Of a stretch of DNA of 64,000 nt, positions 27,373-40,112 are shown one piece after another. Under the pieces are notes generated by a model. The model searched no databases, had not been told where the DNA came from, and saw nothing but the letters and a program-made list of their open reading frames with translations. Numbering within the stretch: position 1 is the first letter of the stretch; each line of letters opens with the position of its first letter. The position numbers and the translations under genes are program-made. This stretch comes from Squalus acanthias (Eukaryota): the NCBI GenBank assembly GCA_030390025.1, contig CM059441.1, positions 20,646,001 to 20,710,000 on the forward strand, read 5' to 3'.

Positions 27373-28643
27373 CTGTAAAAAAAAACATGTGACTCATTTA
27401 GAACAAGAATGCTCTCATTCATTTTCACCAGGGGTAGGTTTGTTCTAGGCTAGTCTGAAATGCAAATCTCTCGCTCTGTTTCGCACTCACATTCACCCAC
27501 AAACATCAAACCAACCACGTTCATCCAATCTACCACAGGAAACTGCAACCATTTATTGCTGCAACCACTTGCTACTTCCTCGCCACACGACAGTACAACC
27601 ACTTCCTCCAGAGTGTTGCACATGATTCAGTTGAGTATGGTACATTGCGATCGCTCTTGTGCTGCGTTTCAACTTGACTCATGGACTGATTTCTTCCTCT
27701 CTTCCTCCAAGTAGTTTCAATCTCCTGATGGCGATGAGTAACATACAAGTAATATTTCTCAAAACACTGTGGGATTTCTGTCCGAGACTGGAGAGCTTGC
27801 CAGTGCTTTCCGCTGCAATTTTCGATCGTTAAAAAACTAGAGGCTGAAATTATATTATAAACTATGAGAGGGAGGCAAAAGTTTGATCTGAATCTTTGTG
27901 GCCGGAATTTTAAGGAGGAAGGCGGATTGGGGGCAAGGGGGGGGGGGCTCCGAGGCGGTCCCGAAACCCAGAAGAATGGGTTTCCCGCAGGCCTTGACGA
28001 CTTTAACGGCAGGGCATGCGAGGCCTCTGTTTCCCGTCCGCAGCCAGCCAGATTGAGAGGCTGGCTGGCTGCGGGCGGGTAGGCCTGTGGCACTAGGCTG
28101 CAGAGAGGAGGGAGGGAGGGTTCGCGTGGGGGCCGGACTGTTAAATGGATCCGCGGGGGGGGGTGGGGGGGTGGAGGGTGCTAAATGGCCGACCCCTATT
28201 CTGAGATGGTGATCCCAGGTTCTAGACTTCCCAGCCAGGGGAAAAATCCTCCCAGCTTCAACCTTGTCAAGCCCTGTAAGAAATTATATATTTCACTGCG
28301 ATCACTTCTTATTCTTCTAAACTCTAGAAAATATAGGCCTAGTCTATTCAATCTCTCCTCATAGAACTACAATGGAGTTTCCCTTTCACCTCGTCCCCAC
28401 TGTAGTTCTCATTATCTTTTAATTCCTCTTTATTGTTTACATATCAGATAAGTACTGATAAAATTGACCACAATTGTTTTGGCTCGAGGGGCTGAATGGT
28501 TTACTCCTGTTCCTATGTTTCTTCAATGAGAAAGCAGTTCTTTTCAATTTTATGTGAATGTTTTATCATTGTACTATACACTAAACAATTGCTGTTTCTA
28601 CTTGCATATTTATTGCAGAATTAATGTTTTGTTGGCTACTTAC

Positions 28644-28762
28644 CCTCATTTCTGGCAGTTTTCGACCATTTCTTTTTCCATATAAATAGAACTATCAGCG
28701 ATAAAACTAATAGTCCCAGCACAACTGGGAGGATAATGTACCATGTTTGTTGGGCAGTATTA
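28644..28762 (-). CDS. Gene A exon 5, transmembrane NTAQQTWYIILPVVLGLLVLSLIVLFIWKKKWSKTARNE
   Basis: Uncharged hydrophobic run followed by KKK stop-transfer; ttttttag/gtaag; phase 2-1. Confidence 0.88.
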
Positions 28763-29575
28763 CTAAAAAATTGAAGTAGAATAGATGAAATTCAGGCTTT
28801 GTGCACACAATAGAATAAGGGAAAATATCTCTAACACTTAGTAGATTAAACTTAAAAGAGGAATCGGTCTTCACTGTAATTATCTGTGAGCTGAAAGATG
28901 ACCTATGTTCTGGTGAGACTATCTCTCACTGATGAGGATGCACTACAGCAACTCGCCAAGGCTTCTTCGACAGCACCTCCCAAACCCGCGACCTCTACCA
29001 CCTAGAAGGACAAGGGCAGCAGGCGCATGGGAACACCACCACCTCCAAGTTCCCCCTCCAAGTCAAACACTATCCTGACTTGGAAAAATATCGCCGATCC
29101 TTCATCGTCGCTGGGTCAAAATCCTGGAACTCCCTCCACCACATGGACTGCAGCGGTTCAAGAAGGTGGCTCACCACCACCTTCTCAAGGGCAATTAGGG
29201 ATGGGCAATAAATGCTGGCCTTGCCAGTGAGGCCCACAAATGAATGAATAAAACATTGGGCTGAGGTGTGAGGCTTTCCTTGATGGAGGGAAATCAGAAG
29301 AAAGCAGGAATGTCTAGCTGACTAATTATTGCCAGGGCCTGGGAAAATTTTGCTCCCTGACTTTTGCACTGATTTTAATAAATGGGAAGACAATTAATAG
29401 AAGAATTAGGGGGAAAAGTATGGCCCAAAAAGGTCATTGTTTGGACTGTGCTAGTTTTAAGGACATCCGCATTGCTCAGCATGACTTGTGAGGGCAGCAG
29501 AACCATCTATTAACTTTGACTTCAATCAGAATGAGTCAAGAATTTTTAATTTGAAGACAACTATTAAAATCTTAC

Positions 29576-29612
29576 CTTGCGATATTGACGGAAACTGTTG
29601 GACCTCTTGTTG
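29576..29612 (-). CDS. Gene A exon 4, short stalk ATRGPTVSVNIA(S)
   Basis: cctag/gtaag; phase 1 in, phase 2 out, joining D2 to the TM exon in frame. Confidence 0.75.
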
Positions 29613-30252
29613 CTAGGGGATTTGTTAAAGTAAACATAAGTTAACAAATAACTGGTAACCATCCACACACAACACAACTTTCATCTTCCTCAAACCTTAC
29701 AGTACTTAAGAAGGTGAATGTGGGGGGAGGGTGACGGGTGAGAAACATGTTTTATTCACTCTTCACTCTGGCTGGTTACGTTTTAATTTTCCCCTTGCCT
29801 TAAGCCAATTGGTCAAATTCTGGATGGATGAACAAAGATGGGTTGAATGGACTTCTTTGTCCTTAATTAACGTGCGATCTTGTGAAGAGGAAGCCTGAGG
29901 AAAGGGTGGATTCAGTTAGAGATAGAAACAACACACATATATTTTGAGGGGGGGGGGGAGGGGGCTCAAGAGGGGCTAACAGTGTTAGAAGGGCAACACT
30001 CTCTGAGGGGCAGCACAACTTTCCATTTATTTTTACGACGGTATTAGTGTTAGTTTCTATCGATATTTCTGTACTTTTATACCTTTTTCTATGTACTTCT
30101 GGCCTGATGCCACTGTTAAGAGGATGGGCGGACAGCTTGCTCTGAGTCCACCGACAATGATCACTTAATCAGCCACTAGGAGGTGCCTGAAACCACCCAG
30201 ATATGACTCTAGCCTCCAATATTTCCCTTCCCCCCTGTGCAGGGAAATAAAA

Positions 30253-30707
30253 GTAAGACTTGCATTTCTCCAGCGTCTTTCACGACCACTGGACATCTCA
30301 AAGCACTTTACAGCCAATGAAGTACTGGTTGCAGTGTAGTCACTGTTGTAATGTGGGAAACGCAGCAGCCAATTTGCGCACAGCAAGCTCCCACAAACAG
30401 CAATGTGATAATGGCCAGATAATCTGTTTTTGTTATGTTGGTTGAAGGATAAATATTTGGCCAGGACACCGGGGAGAACTCCCCCGCTCTTCTTCGAAAT
30501 AGTGCCATGGGATCTTTTACGTCCTCCTGAGAGAGCAGACGGGGCCTCGGTTTAATGTCTCATCGGAAAGACGGCACCTCTGACAGTGCAGCACTCCCTC
30601 AGCACTGCACTGGGAGTCTCAGCCCAGATTTCTTTGTGCTGAAGTCCCTGGAGTGGGACTTAGGACCCACAACTTTCCGATGCTACCCACTGAGCCACAG
30701 CTGACAC
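30253..30707 (-). mobile_element. DeuSINE copy
   Basis: Reverse complement of the family sequence. Confidence 0.88.
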
Positions 30708-31290
30708 CAGTCTTCTAAATGCTACTCAATGCCTCAATGCCCAGTGTGACCATCTCAAAATGAGATAGAACTTACAACAGAGCTGCTTTAATATATTTTC
30801 CTATTCTTTGCCACTGAAGGGGCTGCTCACCATTATCCATAAGCTGAGTGAGATACAGCACTGGATCAGCGACTGAAATAAATAGGAATAATCCTGGCTT
30901 CATTCACTGCCCATCCTAACGCTATATTAATTGGAAGTAATTCCAACACATGTTTTATGTCCAGATTAAGATGTCAATAATCTAAATTTACTGAATTCTA
31001 TGTATTACTCACCGCAAACAATAATTTAACTGAATTTTATGGTACAATATGTATGTGCAACAATAAGACGTAGAGAAGGTGTTTCCACTTGTGGGGGGAG
31101 ACCAAACTCAAGGGTCATAGATATAAGATAGTCACTATAATATCCAATAAGGACTCCAGGAAAAAAACTTCTTTACCCAGAAAGTTGTTACAATGTAAAA
31201 CTCACTACCACAAGGAGTAGACGAGGCAAATAGCATAGATGCATCGAAGGGGAAGCTAGATAAACACTGAGGGAGAAAGGAATAGAAAAA

Positions 31291-31702
31291 GAAAGAAAGA
31301 CTTGCATTTATATAGCGCCATTCACAACCACCGGACGTCTCAAAGCGCTTTACAGCCAATGAAACACTTTTGAAGTGGAGTCAGTGTTGTAATGTGGGAA
31401 ACGCGGCAGCCAATTTGCGCACAGTAAGCTCCCACAAACAGCAATGTGATAATGACCAGATAATCTGTTTTTGTTATGTTGGTTGAGGGATAAATATTGG
31501 CCAGGTCACCGGGGATAACTCCCCTGCTCTTCTTCGAAATAGTGCCATGGGATCTTTTACGTCCACCTGAGAGAGCAGACGGGGCCTCGGTTTAACGTCT
31601 CATCCGAAAGACGGCGCCTCCGACAGTGCAGCACTCCCTCAGCACTGCACTGGAGTGTCAGTCTAGCTTTATGTGCTCAAGTCCCTGGAGTGGGACTTGA
31701 AC
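31291..31702 (-). mobile_element. DeuSINE copy inserted into a CR1 3' fragment (31065-31810)
   Basis: CR1 tail resumes after the SINE. Confidence 0.85.
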
Positions 31703-31849
31703 TACTAGAAGGATATGCAGGTAGGGTTAGATGAAGTAGGGAGGAGGCTCGTGTGGAGCATAAACACCGGCAGGGACTAATCGTATCTGTGCTGTAAATT
31801 CTATGTAACACTGACTGAATTATAACAATAATTTTATGTTAATTCTTAC

Positions 31850-32176
31850 CTTCAGAAATCATCAGGAATTTAACCTGTGTAATCTCTATTTCAACTATTT
31901 TTGCAGCTCCACACCAGTAATCCCCTTCATCTCCCTTACTAACATTGCTCATGGTAACAGTAAAATTATGATAATCGTTAGTAATGATTGAAGCTGTTCT
32001 ATTGTACAGATTTTCCACAAATCTATCGGAGCTGGCTATAGTGGTGCACTTATTTACAGAGGTTACTTTACAGAAGAACTTCTCATAGTCTTTATACTGT
32101 TCCGTGTACAGACACTGTACAGTGGTGGCATTTCCCATTACACCATTGACCTGTGATGTGTTTGGGGTCCATGAAC
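31850..32176 (-). CDS. Gene A exon 3, IgV domain D2 (TTVQCLY...KFFCKVTSVNKC...DEGDYWCG)
   Basis: ORF 31839..32198; ccaacag/gtaag; 327 nt, phase 1-1. Confidence 0.92.
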
Positions 32177-32800
32177 CTGTTGGTAAATGAAAAAACAAAT
32201 GACGTTAAAAGTTCAAAATGCTGAAAAACTGAACATCTTTCGTTGCACAAAATATACAATTAATGAGCCAGACGTTGAAAATGTCAAAAATCTTTTCTGT
32301 TCTTAAAGTACGAACAGAATTATAGAGTCATATAGAACCCAGTGTAATCACTGAATGTCCCTGTGTTCACTCCCTGCCCATTCTAATACTATCTTTATTG
32401 ACGGTGTATAGTTTGCACCATGTTTAAAGAGGTATGTCGGTCTAAGTTTGGTAAACCCTTTCCGTATTGTGTAACTGCAGTGCAAACGCTAACACGTTAG
32501 GGTCAATTTTCTAAGTCGATGGAAGGTACCTAACTCCAGGCCTGTTATACCGGGCAGGTCAGGATAAAGTTCAGGATAGAGAACCGAGGATTGTGTTGGT
32601 TACCCGCTAAAGATTCACAAGCAATTTAAAAGTCTAATAGAGTTTCAGGTGGTATTGCTAGAACCATTGAGTAAAATATGGGCCACGTAAGGCTCTGGTA
32701 CGCTCACCCTTGGAGTATTGCGGGTGAAGCCGATGGAAAGGAAAATCAGGAGGCATGTAAAACGGGCTGCCGCTTCCCGATCACCCATTTTGTGCTATTG

Positions 32801-33270
32801 TGTCAGCTGTGGCTCAGTAGGGTAGCACCCTCGCCTCGGAGTCAGAGGTTGTGGGTTCAAGTCCCACTCCAGGGACTTGAGCACATAAAGCTGGGCTGAC
32901 ACTCCCAGTGCAGTGCTGAGGGAGTGCTGCACTACCGGAGGTGCCGTCTTTCAGATGAGACGTTAAACCGAGGCCTCGTCTGCTCTCTCAGGTGGACGTA
33001 AAAGATCCCATGGCATCATTTCGAAGAAGAGCAGGGGAGTTATCCCCGGTGTCCTGGCCAATATTTATCTCTCAACCAACATAAAAAAAACAGATTATCT
33101 GGGTCATTATCACATTGCTGTTTGCGGGAGCTTGCTGTGCGCAAATTTGCTGCCGCGTTTCCCACATTACAACAGTGACTGCACTTCAAAAGTACTTAAT
33201 TGGCTGTAAAGCGCTTTGAGACATCCGGTGGTCGTGAAAGGCGCTATATAAATGCAAGTCTTTCTTTTTT
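32801..33270 (+). mobile_element. DeuSINE copy, full length
   Basis: Same family. Confidence 0.88.
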
Positions 33271-34199
33271 CTTTATTGCACATGTCCGATTTCACCATCA
33301 TCCCCCCCCCGCCGCCCCCCCCCCCCCCCCCCCCCCCCATTCGGGCCTAAATTCATTCCTTCCCGAAGCCGGGTGCGATCTGTGCAACAGGCAGAACGGA
33401 GAGGCCCCAGGGCCTTCCTAAATTAGGGGGAGGGGGGAAGGAGGCGATCGAGGGTGGGCGGAGGGTGAGTGCTGGGTCGACAGCGGTTTGCAGTCTTGAT
33501 GTGGCGGCAGGAGGAACACTCCAGCAGGCCTCTTCCAAGGCCTCCAGCGGCCCCGCTGGTTCGTGCCACTGCAGAGCCTGAAAAAAGTAGTCGGAGCTTG
33601 CGGTAACGCATCCACCAACCTGTGCCACGTTCGCGCCCGGGTGGCCCTGGAGATGGAGCACGCGGTGTCCGCCGGCACGCTCGAGGCCTTCCGCGACCAG
33701 TGGGCACCGCAGGGACTGGAGTGCATCGTCATCCCGGCAATCGAATTTTAATTTCATTTGTTAAGTTTCATTTGATGTATTTTTGTTAAGTTACAGTTTT
33801 TGTTTATTGATCACACCAAAAGAGTAACCGCCAACTTGTTTTAACCAATTGTGCAAACGGATGCGGAAATGGGTCGCAGGAGGCTCGTTTCAATATTGAG
33901 GCCATTGTCGCCTTATAAAAGGCCCCAAGAATTGAGCAGTGGCCTGGACACATGTGGAGATTAGGGTTATTTTACTATGGAGACACAAAGGCTTGGATGC
34001 AATATGATTTAAGGTTTGTAAAATGTTGAGGGGGAGTGATACTATCTGTTTAGATAGGTTAATGGAAATGGATAGGGATGTTAGGGCAAGAGCTCATTAC
34101 TTGATCCCCAAGCATTCCTAGTGTGTCCTGCACTGCGCACAGGGAGCCCATGAGCTCATATTATGGCCCATACAGCCCTTGAAGAGCAGCAGTCCTGGT

Positions 34200-34475
34200 G
34201 TAGGCCATTTAAGACTGAGATGAGGAGGAGTTTCTTCACTCAGAGGGTTGTGAATCTTTGGAATTCTCTGCCCCAGGGGGCTGTGAATGCTGAGTCTTTG
34301 AGTATATTCAAGGCTGAGGTAGATAGATTTTTGGACTCTAGGGGAATCAAGGGATATGGGGATCGGGTGGGAAAGTGGAGTTGAGTTCGAAGATCAGCTA
34401 TGATCTTATTGAATGGCGGAGCAGGCTTGAGGGGCCGTATGGCCTACTCCTGCTCCTATTTCTAATGTTCTTATG
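34200..34475 (+). mobile_element. CR1-type LINE 3' fragment
   Basis: RPFKTEMRRSFFTQRVVNLWNSLP. Confidence 0.9.
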
Positions 34476-34528
34476 TCACTGCGCCCAGATCACTTTATCA
34501 GCCCTATTACCTTCCAAAAAATTCTTAC

Positions 34529-34852
34529 CTGTGAAAACCTTTAGTAATATAACATCTGAAATAATGAGAGATTTTATATATTGAGTTCCACAAAAGTATG
34601 TTCCTGTATCTCTCTCCTGAAGCTGTGTTATGGTAACAGCAATTAACCCATTGTCATTAGTGATTGATGCTCTTTTATAATTTTTGAGCACATATCCGTC
34701 AGTGTTCACTATAATATCGCACGTTTGTTTGGAAGTTGCTTTACACCAGCTTATTACACGGTTTCTTTGGTTCGCTGCCTGCGGACATTCCACAGTGACT
34801 GTTTCTCCCACTGCAGCTTTCACCACCGTTGATGCAATTTGTGTCCACAAAC
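34529..34852 (-). CDS. Gene A exon 2, IgV domain D1 (VTVEC...SWCKATSKQTC...DTGTYFC)
   Basis: ORF 34476..34850; B/F-strand Cys pair plus the CD300/pIgR-type C-x7-C second disulfide; ccaacag/gtaag; 324 nt, phase 1-1. Confidence 0.92.
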
Positions 34853-34971
34853 CTGTTGGCGAAACTTAACGTCAGAAAGTTTAAAGTATCGCCACAATCA
34901 ATATTACTCAGCACTTCTGGCAGAACACAAATAACATGGGGACAAAAAACAAATCCTGGATGGGACTGGAA

Positions 34972-35820
34972 TCAAAGAATCTTACAGCACAGAAGGAGGC
35001 CATTCGGCCCATCGTGCCTGTGCCGGCTCTTTGGTAGAGCTATCCAATTAATTCCACTCCCCCTGTTCTTTCCCCGTGACCCTGCAAATGAGTTCTCTTC
35101 AAGTATATGTCCGATTGCTTTTTGAAAGTTCCTATGGAATCTGATTCCACCGTCCTTTCAGGTAGTACATTTCAGATTTTAACAACCCTCTGTGTGAAAT
35201 AATTTCTCCTCATTTCGGGTCTAGTTCTTTTGCCAATTATTTTAAATCTATGATGTCTGGTTACCGACCCACTTGCCAGAAGAAACAGTTTCTCCCTACT
35301 TGTTCTATCAAAACCTCTCATCATTTTCAATACCTCTAATAGGTCTCCCCTTAACCTTCTCTGCTGTAAGGACAATAATCCCAGCTTCTCCAATCTCACC
35401 TCATCCCTGGTATCATCCTGGTAAACCTCCTCTGTACTCTCTCTAAGGCTTTGACATCCTTCCTAAAGTGTGGTGCCCAGAATTGTACACAATACTGCAG
35501 CTGAGGTCCAACCAGTGATTAGTAAAGGTTTAGCATGACTTCCTTGTTTTTGTGTTCAATACCCCTATTTACAAACCCAAGAATCCCATACCACCTTATC
35601 ATCTTGCCCTGCCACCTTCAAGGATTTGAGGTCCCTCTGCTCTTGCACCCCCCTCAAAATAGTACCATTTAGAGTATACTGCCTCTCCATGTTGTTTCTC
35701 CCAAAGTGTATCACTTCACAATTATCTGCATTAAATTGCATCTGCCATGTGTCTGCCCATTTCGCCAGTCTGTCTATATCCTCCAGCAGTCTGCTATTAG
35801 CCTGCTCACTATTTACTATG
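34972..35820 (-). mobile_element. CR1-type LINE 3' fragment
   Basis: RLEKLGLLSLQQRRLRGDLLEV. Confidence 0.88.
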
Positions 35821-36146
35821 TTGGTCTTTTTTCCTCTAGTAATTCCTATGCTTCTATCGAACTTCTATAACACATGCGCCTGTATTCTCCTTGTGGCGTT
35901 TAAGATTTTCAGGCAGTAAGTCCTCAGATTTACCCTTAAACTACTACCCCCTGAAATGACACATTGATGGTAATTTTCCAAGTACTCATTGGCAGCGAGA
36001 GACCCGTGTCTATTAGAATGTCGCTGACAGCGTGTCCACACTTTTCCAATATGTACTGGCGGATTCTCACTATCAGGGTATACTCGAAAAACATAGGCAA
36101 TCATCTGTACATAAATCGAATGGAAGTATTGATTGTTAAAAGTAAA

Positions 36147-36640
36147 GAAAGCAAAATACTGCGGATGCCGGAACTCTGAAATAAAAACAGCAAATGCTGG
36201 AAATACTCAGCAGGTCAGGCAGCATCTGTGGAGAGAGAAACTGAGTTAACGTTTCAGGTCGATGACCTTTCATCAGATTATGCACCTTATAAACCTTCTG
36301 GATTCAACATCGAGTTCAACACTTTCAGACCATAACCACTGCTCCCATTTTTTTGGGTAATAGTTCTGCTCCCCAAGAGCCATCATTTGTTTATTTACTT
36401 GTTTCATTACCACCTGGTCATTTAATCTCTCCTGCTTTCCATCCTATCACAGACCTTCCCTTTTGTTCTTTCCTCCCCCTGCCCTCACTTTCCCTGCCTC
36501 TGCACTTGCTTAAAACCTGTTACATCTCTAACTTTTTCCAGTTCTGACGAAAGGTCACCGACCTGAAACGTTAACTCTGTTTCTCTCTCCACAGATGCTG
36601 CCTGACCTGCCGAGCGTTTCCAGCATTTTCTGTTTATATT
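36147..36640. mobile_element. Penelope-derived element with inverted terminal repeats, an ORF C-terminal remnant and two hammerhead motifs
   Basis: Inverted arms ~36185-36277 and 36540-36635; PSGFNIEFN remnant; imperfect TSD at 36132-36146 / 36641-36654. Confidence 0.75.
36540..36576 (+). ncRNA. Minimal hammerhead ribozyme motif; mirror copy at 36244-36276 on -
   Basis: AGUU-CUGACGA-A-AGGUC-acc-GACCU-GAAACGUU-AACU. Confidence 0.65.
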
Positions 36641-38190
36641 ATTGTTGAAGTAAATCTGCGCATTCTTGTGTACTTTTGGGGAGATGGATACAGGTCATAG
36701 AGCCGAGGCACTGGGCTCTGCATCAATGACAAAGAAGCACTCTTTGGTGCTCTGTCACTGTTATGGGGACATTGGGAAACCGATAATTTGTTCCACTGAG
36801 CAAAGTGACAGATATGGCTGGAGACACGACTTTGCAAACTGTTGGCTGAGGTGGATCTAGCAAAGACTCCGAAAGGCACTGGAAACATATGAGGCCAGTC
36901 AGTATGGGCTTTGTGGAATTTAGCTTGTCACTCCGACCCATCCTACTCATGCAGATGACTACCTGTAAATCACTATCAGCTTGATCTAAGGAACCATTAC
37001 CATGTCTTTAAGTGACTAAGGAAGGTTCTCTTTTCATAATATAACTGCACAGGTAGCACCATACTGTCTGGCAGTATGGGCTGAGGTGTGCTATACCATA
37101 CAAGGGGCACCCGCTAAAGGAAACAGATCAGGAAAGTGATGTGCCTTTACTCAGCAGGCCATCTGGGGAGCTCAACAGTCAAATGATGCTCGATTAAACA
37201 AACAAACGATCAGTAAACGATATGTTAAACAGCTTGAAATCTAACAACATGACGTTCATATTCACTTTGCATTCCACACGGGCTGTAAGTTTATCTTTAC
37301 TACTGTAGAAACCCGTAAAATTAAATTTCGACGCAGGACTTAAACCAGAAATGTTAACGTGTTTCGGGACGACTTCCACCCGGCCAAATCGGCATTGACG
37401 GGGTTGGTAGACGTACCGCCCCGTTCAGGCCCACACTCTGGCTGCCGCCATTTTTAAAGGGGCCTTCCCTTGGGCGGCCGGAGCGACTGCCTGTTTGGTG
37501 CAGTAGGCCTCTTGATTATGCAAATCGTACTCACCTGTTCATATCCCTGTAACGTCCTACAATATCCCTCTGTCCCCCTCCCTGAGGGAACCCTCCATTC
37601 CCCTGACTCAAGCTTCTTCTGCATTGTCTCCTCCCTCTGCCCCACCATTGATGGCTGCGTCTTCAATTTTTTTATTTATTCGTTTATGGGATGTGGGCGT
37701 CGCTGGCAAGGCCAGCATTTATTGCCCATCCCTTACATAGAAACTGTAATAGGCCGTTCAACCCCTTGAGCCTGTTCCGCCATTCAGTTAGATCATGGCT
37801 GATTTGTATCTCAATTGCATTTATCCGTCTATGATCCATATCCCTTGATACCCTTACCCAACAAAAATCTGTCGATCTCAGTCTTGAAAGTTTCAATTAA
37901 CCCTGCAGCAACAGCCTTTGGGAGAGTGAATTCCAGCTTAATTAGGACCAACTCTCTGGAATTTCGTCACGAAACCACTCCTCCTCTCCAACTCCCACTC
38001 CTCCTTTAAGACCCTCTTTCAGGCCCATCTCTTTGACCAAGCTTTTGGTCACCCCTTCCAATCTGTCTTCCTTTGGCTCAGTGTCTGTGTTTCTTCATAC
38101 CTCTGTGAAGCGCTTTGAGCCATTTTTCTATGTTAAAGGCACTGTATCTATGTGAGCTGTTGTTCCAAATATACAATTGGATAATCTTAC

Positions 38191-38230
38191 TTGATATCAA
38201 AGTGAGGAACAGCAGAGCAGCGACCTTCAT
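38191..38230 (-). CDS. CD300/pIgR-like gene A exon 1, signal peptide MKVAALLFLTLIS
   Basis: accATG context, hydrophobic leader, phase-1 GTAAG donor. Confidence 0.85.
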
Positions 38231-38292
38231 GGTTCCAGTGAAGTTTTCAGTCAAAGTATCTCCGTGCTGGTTAAAGGACCTGTACTGAATTG

Positions 38293-38338
38293 TTCACTTC
38301 CTCATAGAATTACAAATATCTTCGCAATATGACATTGG
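38293..38338 (-). promoter_or_regulatory. Putative myeloid proximal promoter of gene A: PU.1/ETS GAGGAAGTGAA, C/EBP-like ATTGCGAAG and CCAAT
   Basis: Motifs read on the - strand about 60-110 nt upstream of the ATG. Confidence 0.5.
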
Positions 38339-39079
38339 ATAAGAGGTATTGACAAATCCTCCCGTTTCACAACTTGGTGTGTGTGGACGTCAACGGTTGC
38401 AGTTTGAGAACATTATCTTTTTTGGCAGGACCATGTGCGCAAATTGGCTGCCGCGTTTTCTACATTACAGCAGTGACTACACTTCAAAAGTACGTCATTG
38501 GCTGTAAAGCGCTTTGGGACGTCCTGAGGTTGTGAAAGGTGCTATAGAAATGCTAGTCTTCCTTTTTCATTTCTTTTTCTCTTTTCGGAGCTGGTCGAAT
38601 TGCTGTAATTTGCCAGCGTCCTGTGTTTTAATTCAAACCTGATCCCCAGGTTTTCTCCCATCTTCTTAGGCCAGTGGGGTGAGGCATAGAGGCACAGGTG
38701 GGCCCCACCGGTGGAGTCCAAGCATGGCATGCGTCCTGGCTCTCTCCCCCTCCCTCAGGCGCTAGAGATGCACCCGCAGTGGCGCTTGTGCCCACCTGCC
38801 CCATCCTAATGAGGTGCCCTCCTACTGACCTGAGCAACTACAAGGCCTTCTACTTTATTATATTTATATTAATATTTTATCTAAATGTTGACCATCTGTT
38901 CTCTCCACAGATGCTGACTGTGTGTTTCCAGCTTTTTCTGTGTCTTGTTTGAAAATTCAACATTGTTCCCATCGTTGTATCGTGTGACTACCAGAATGGT
39001 AGAAGGCAAACTAGATGGACCTTGCTCTTTTTCTAATCTATCAATTCCTCTGTTACTCTTCATGCATAGCAGACTTGTT

Positions 39080-39823
39080 GGCCCAAAAATTAGTCTAGCT
39101 ACGCGAGAGTACGCACTGCGTACTCTCGCGTATTCTGTCTCCAATTGCCGGTTTTCTGCATGCACTGCGCATGCGCTGAAAACCGGCACTTGGTGAATGG
39201 AAAAGGGGGCGGGTCCTAGGTGAACCGCGTGCGCGCTACAGGCTGCGCGCACGCTGTGCACTTAGTGGTTTCAACGCGCAGGTAAGTACGGAAGATTCTA
39301 CACATAAAAAAAGGAGGAGTAAGACCCACTTTTAACAAGGTAAGTAGTGAATTAAGTATTATTTTGAATTTTTTTTAACAGGTATATCTTTTTTAGAGAC
39401 TTTAAAGACAGGTAAGTTTATTTTTATAATTTTTTAAAAGATTTTAAATTTTTTCAAAAATTTAATTTTTTATTTAAAATGGTTAATTTATTTAACTATA
39501 CTTATTTTATTAATGTGATGGTTTTTTTTTTAAATTTAATTGAGGTTTAGCTGTTCTTTTGGGGGGCTATAGTATTCATAACTTTCACAGCACTTATTTG
39601 AAAGTTATGAATGGAAGATGGTGTGCTGCCATTGGCTCTAACTGAGTCACGTGATCCCACAGCTCGCACGAATTAACTACGCCGGTGGGATACGCAAGCC
39701 CAGCACAGCAGCTGTCCAGAACATCAAGTTCGTGCGAGCTGGAACTGAAAAAGCCAACGCGGAGTGAGAGATCGCGGGGAGGCCTTACCCTCGCACGAAG
39801 GCTTCCTCACGAATTTTTGGGCC
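39080..39823. mobile_element. MITE with perfect terminal inverted repeats (TIRs)
   Basis: TTGGCCCAAAAATT (39078-39091) / AATTTTTGGGCCAA (39812-39825); AT-rich core. Confidence 0.75.
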
Positions 39824-40112
39824 AAGTTTTATCCCTGTGTGTCAATAAGCATTGAGCAATTTATAGTTAAAATGAAGTACACCCTCCAACTTTCTGCTTG
39901 AAGAAAATCAACTGTGGTGGAGTGAGCTGGTCATGTATTGGGACACAGGCTGGGAGACCAGCTCCTAATCCCAACATTTGCTGGCATCTTCAACTAGGCC
40001 TTCTGCAAGATGATAAGCTTTGATCTTGGATAACCAGTCGTAGGAAGTCCTGAGTGGAGGCAAAAGTGCTCAGCTGACTGACTGAGGTTCAATGGTCCAT
40101 ACCCACTGACCA

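Noticed and set aside
31013-31029. Possible extra micro-exon in gene A (GTGAG donor on -)
   Set aside because: Its phase would not fit the downstream stalk exon, and the gene is in frame without it
35865-36104. 79-aa ORF with a faint GIY-YIG-like look
   Set aside because: Motifs are too weak and there is no splice support
24384-38230. Calling gene A a true PIGR ortholog
   Set aside because: Cys-to-Trp spacing in D1 is CD300-like (12 residues), the pIgR D1 VNRHTRKYW motif is absent and the tail is ITIM-type; orthology needs a phylogeny
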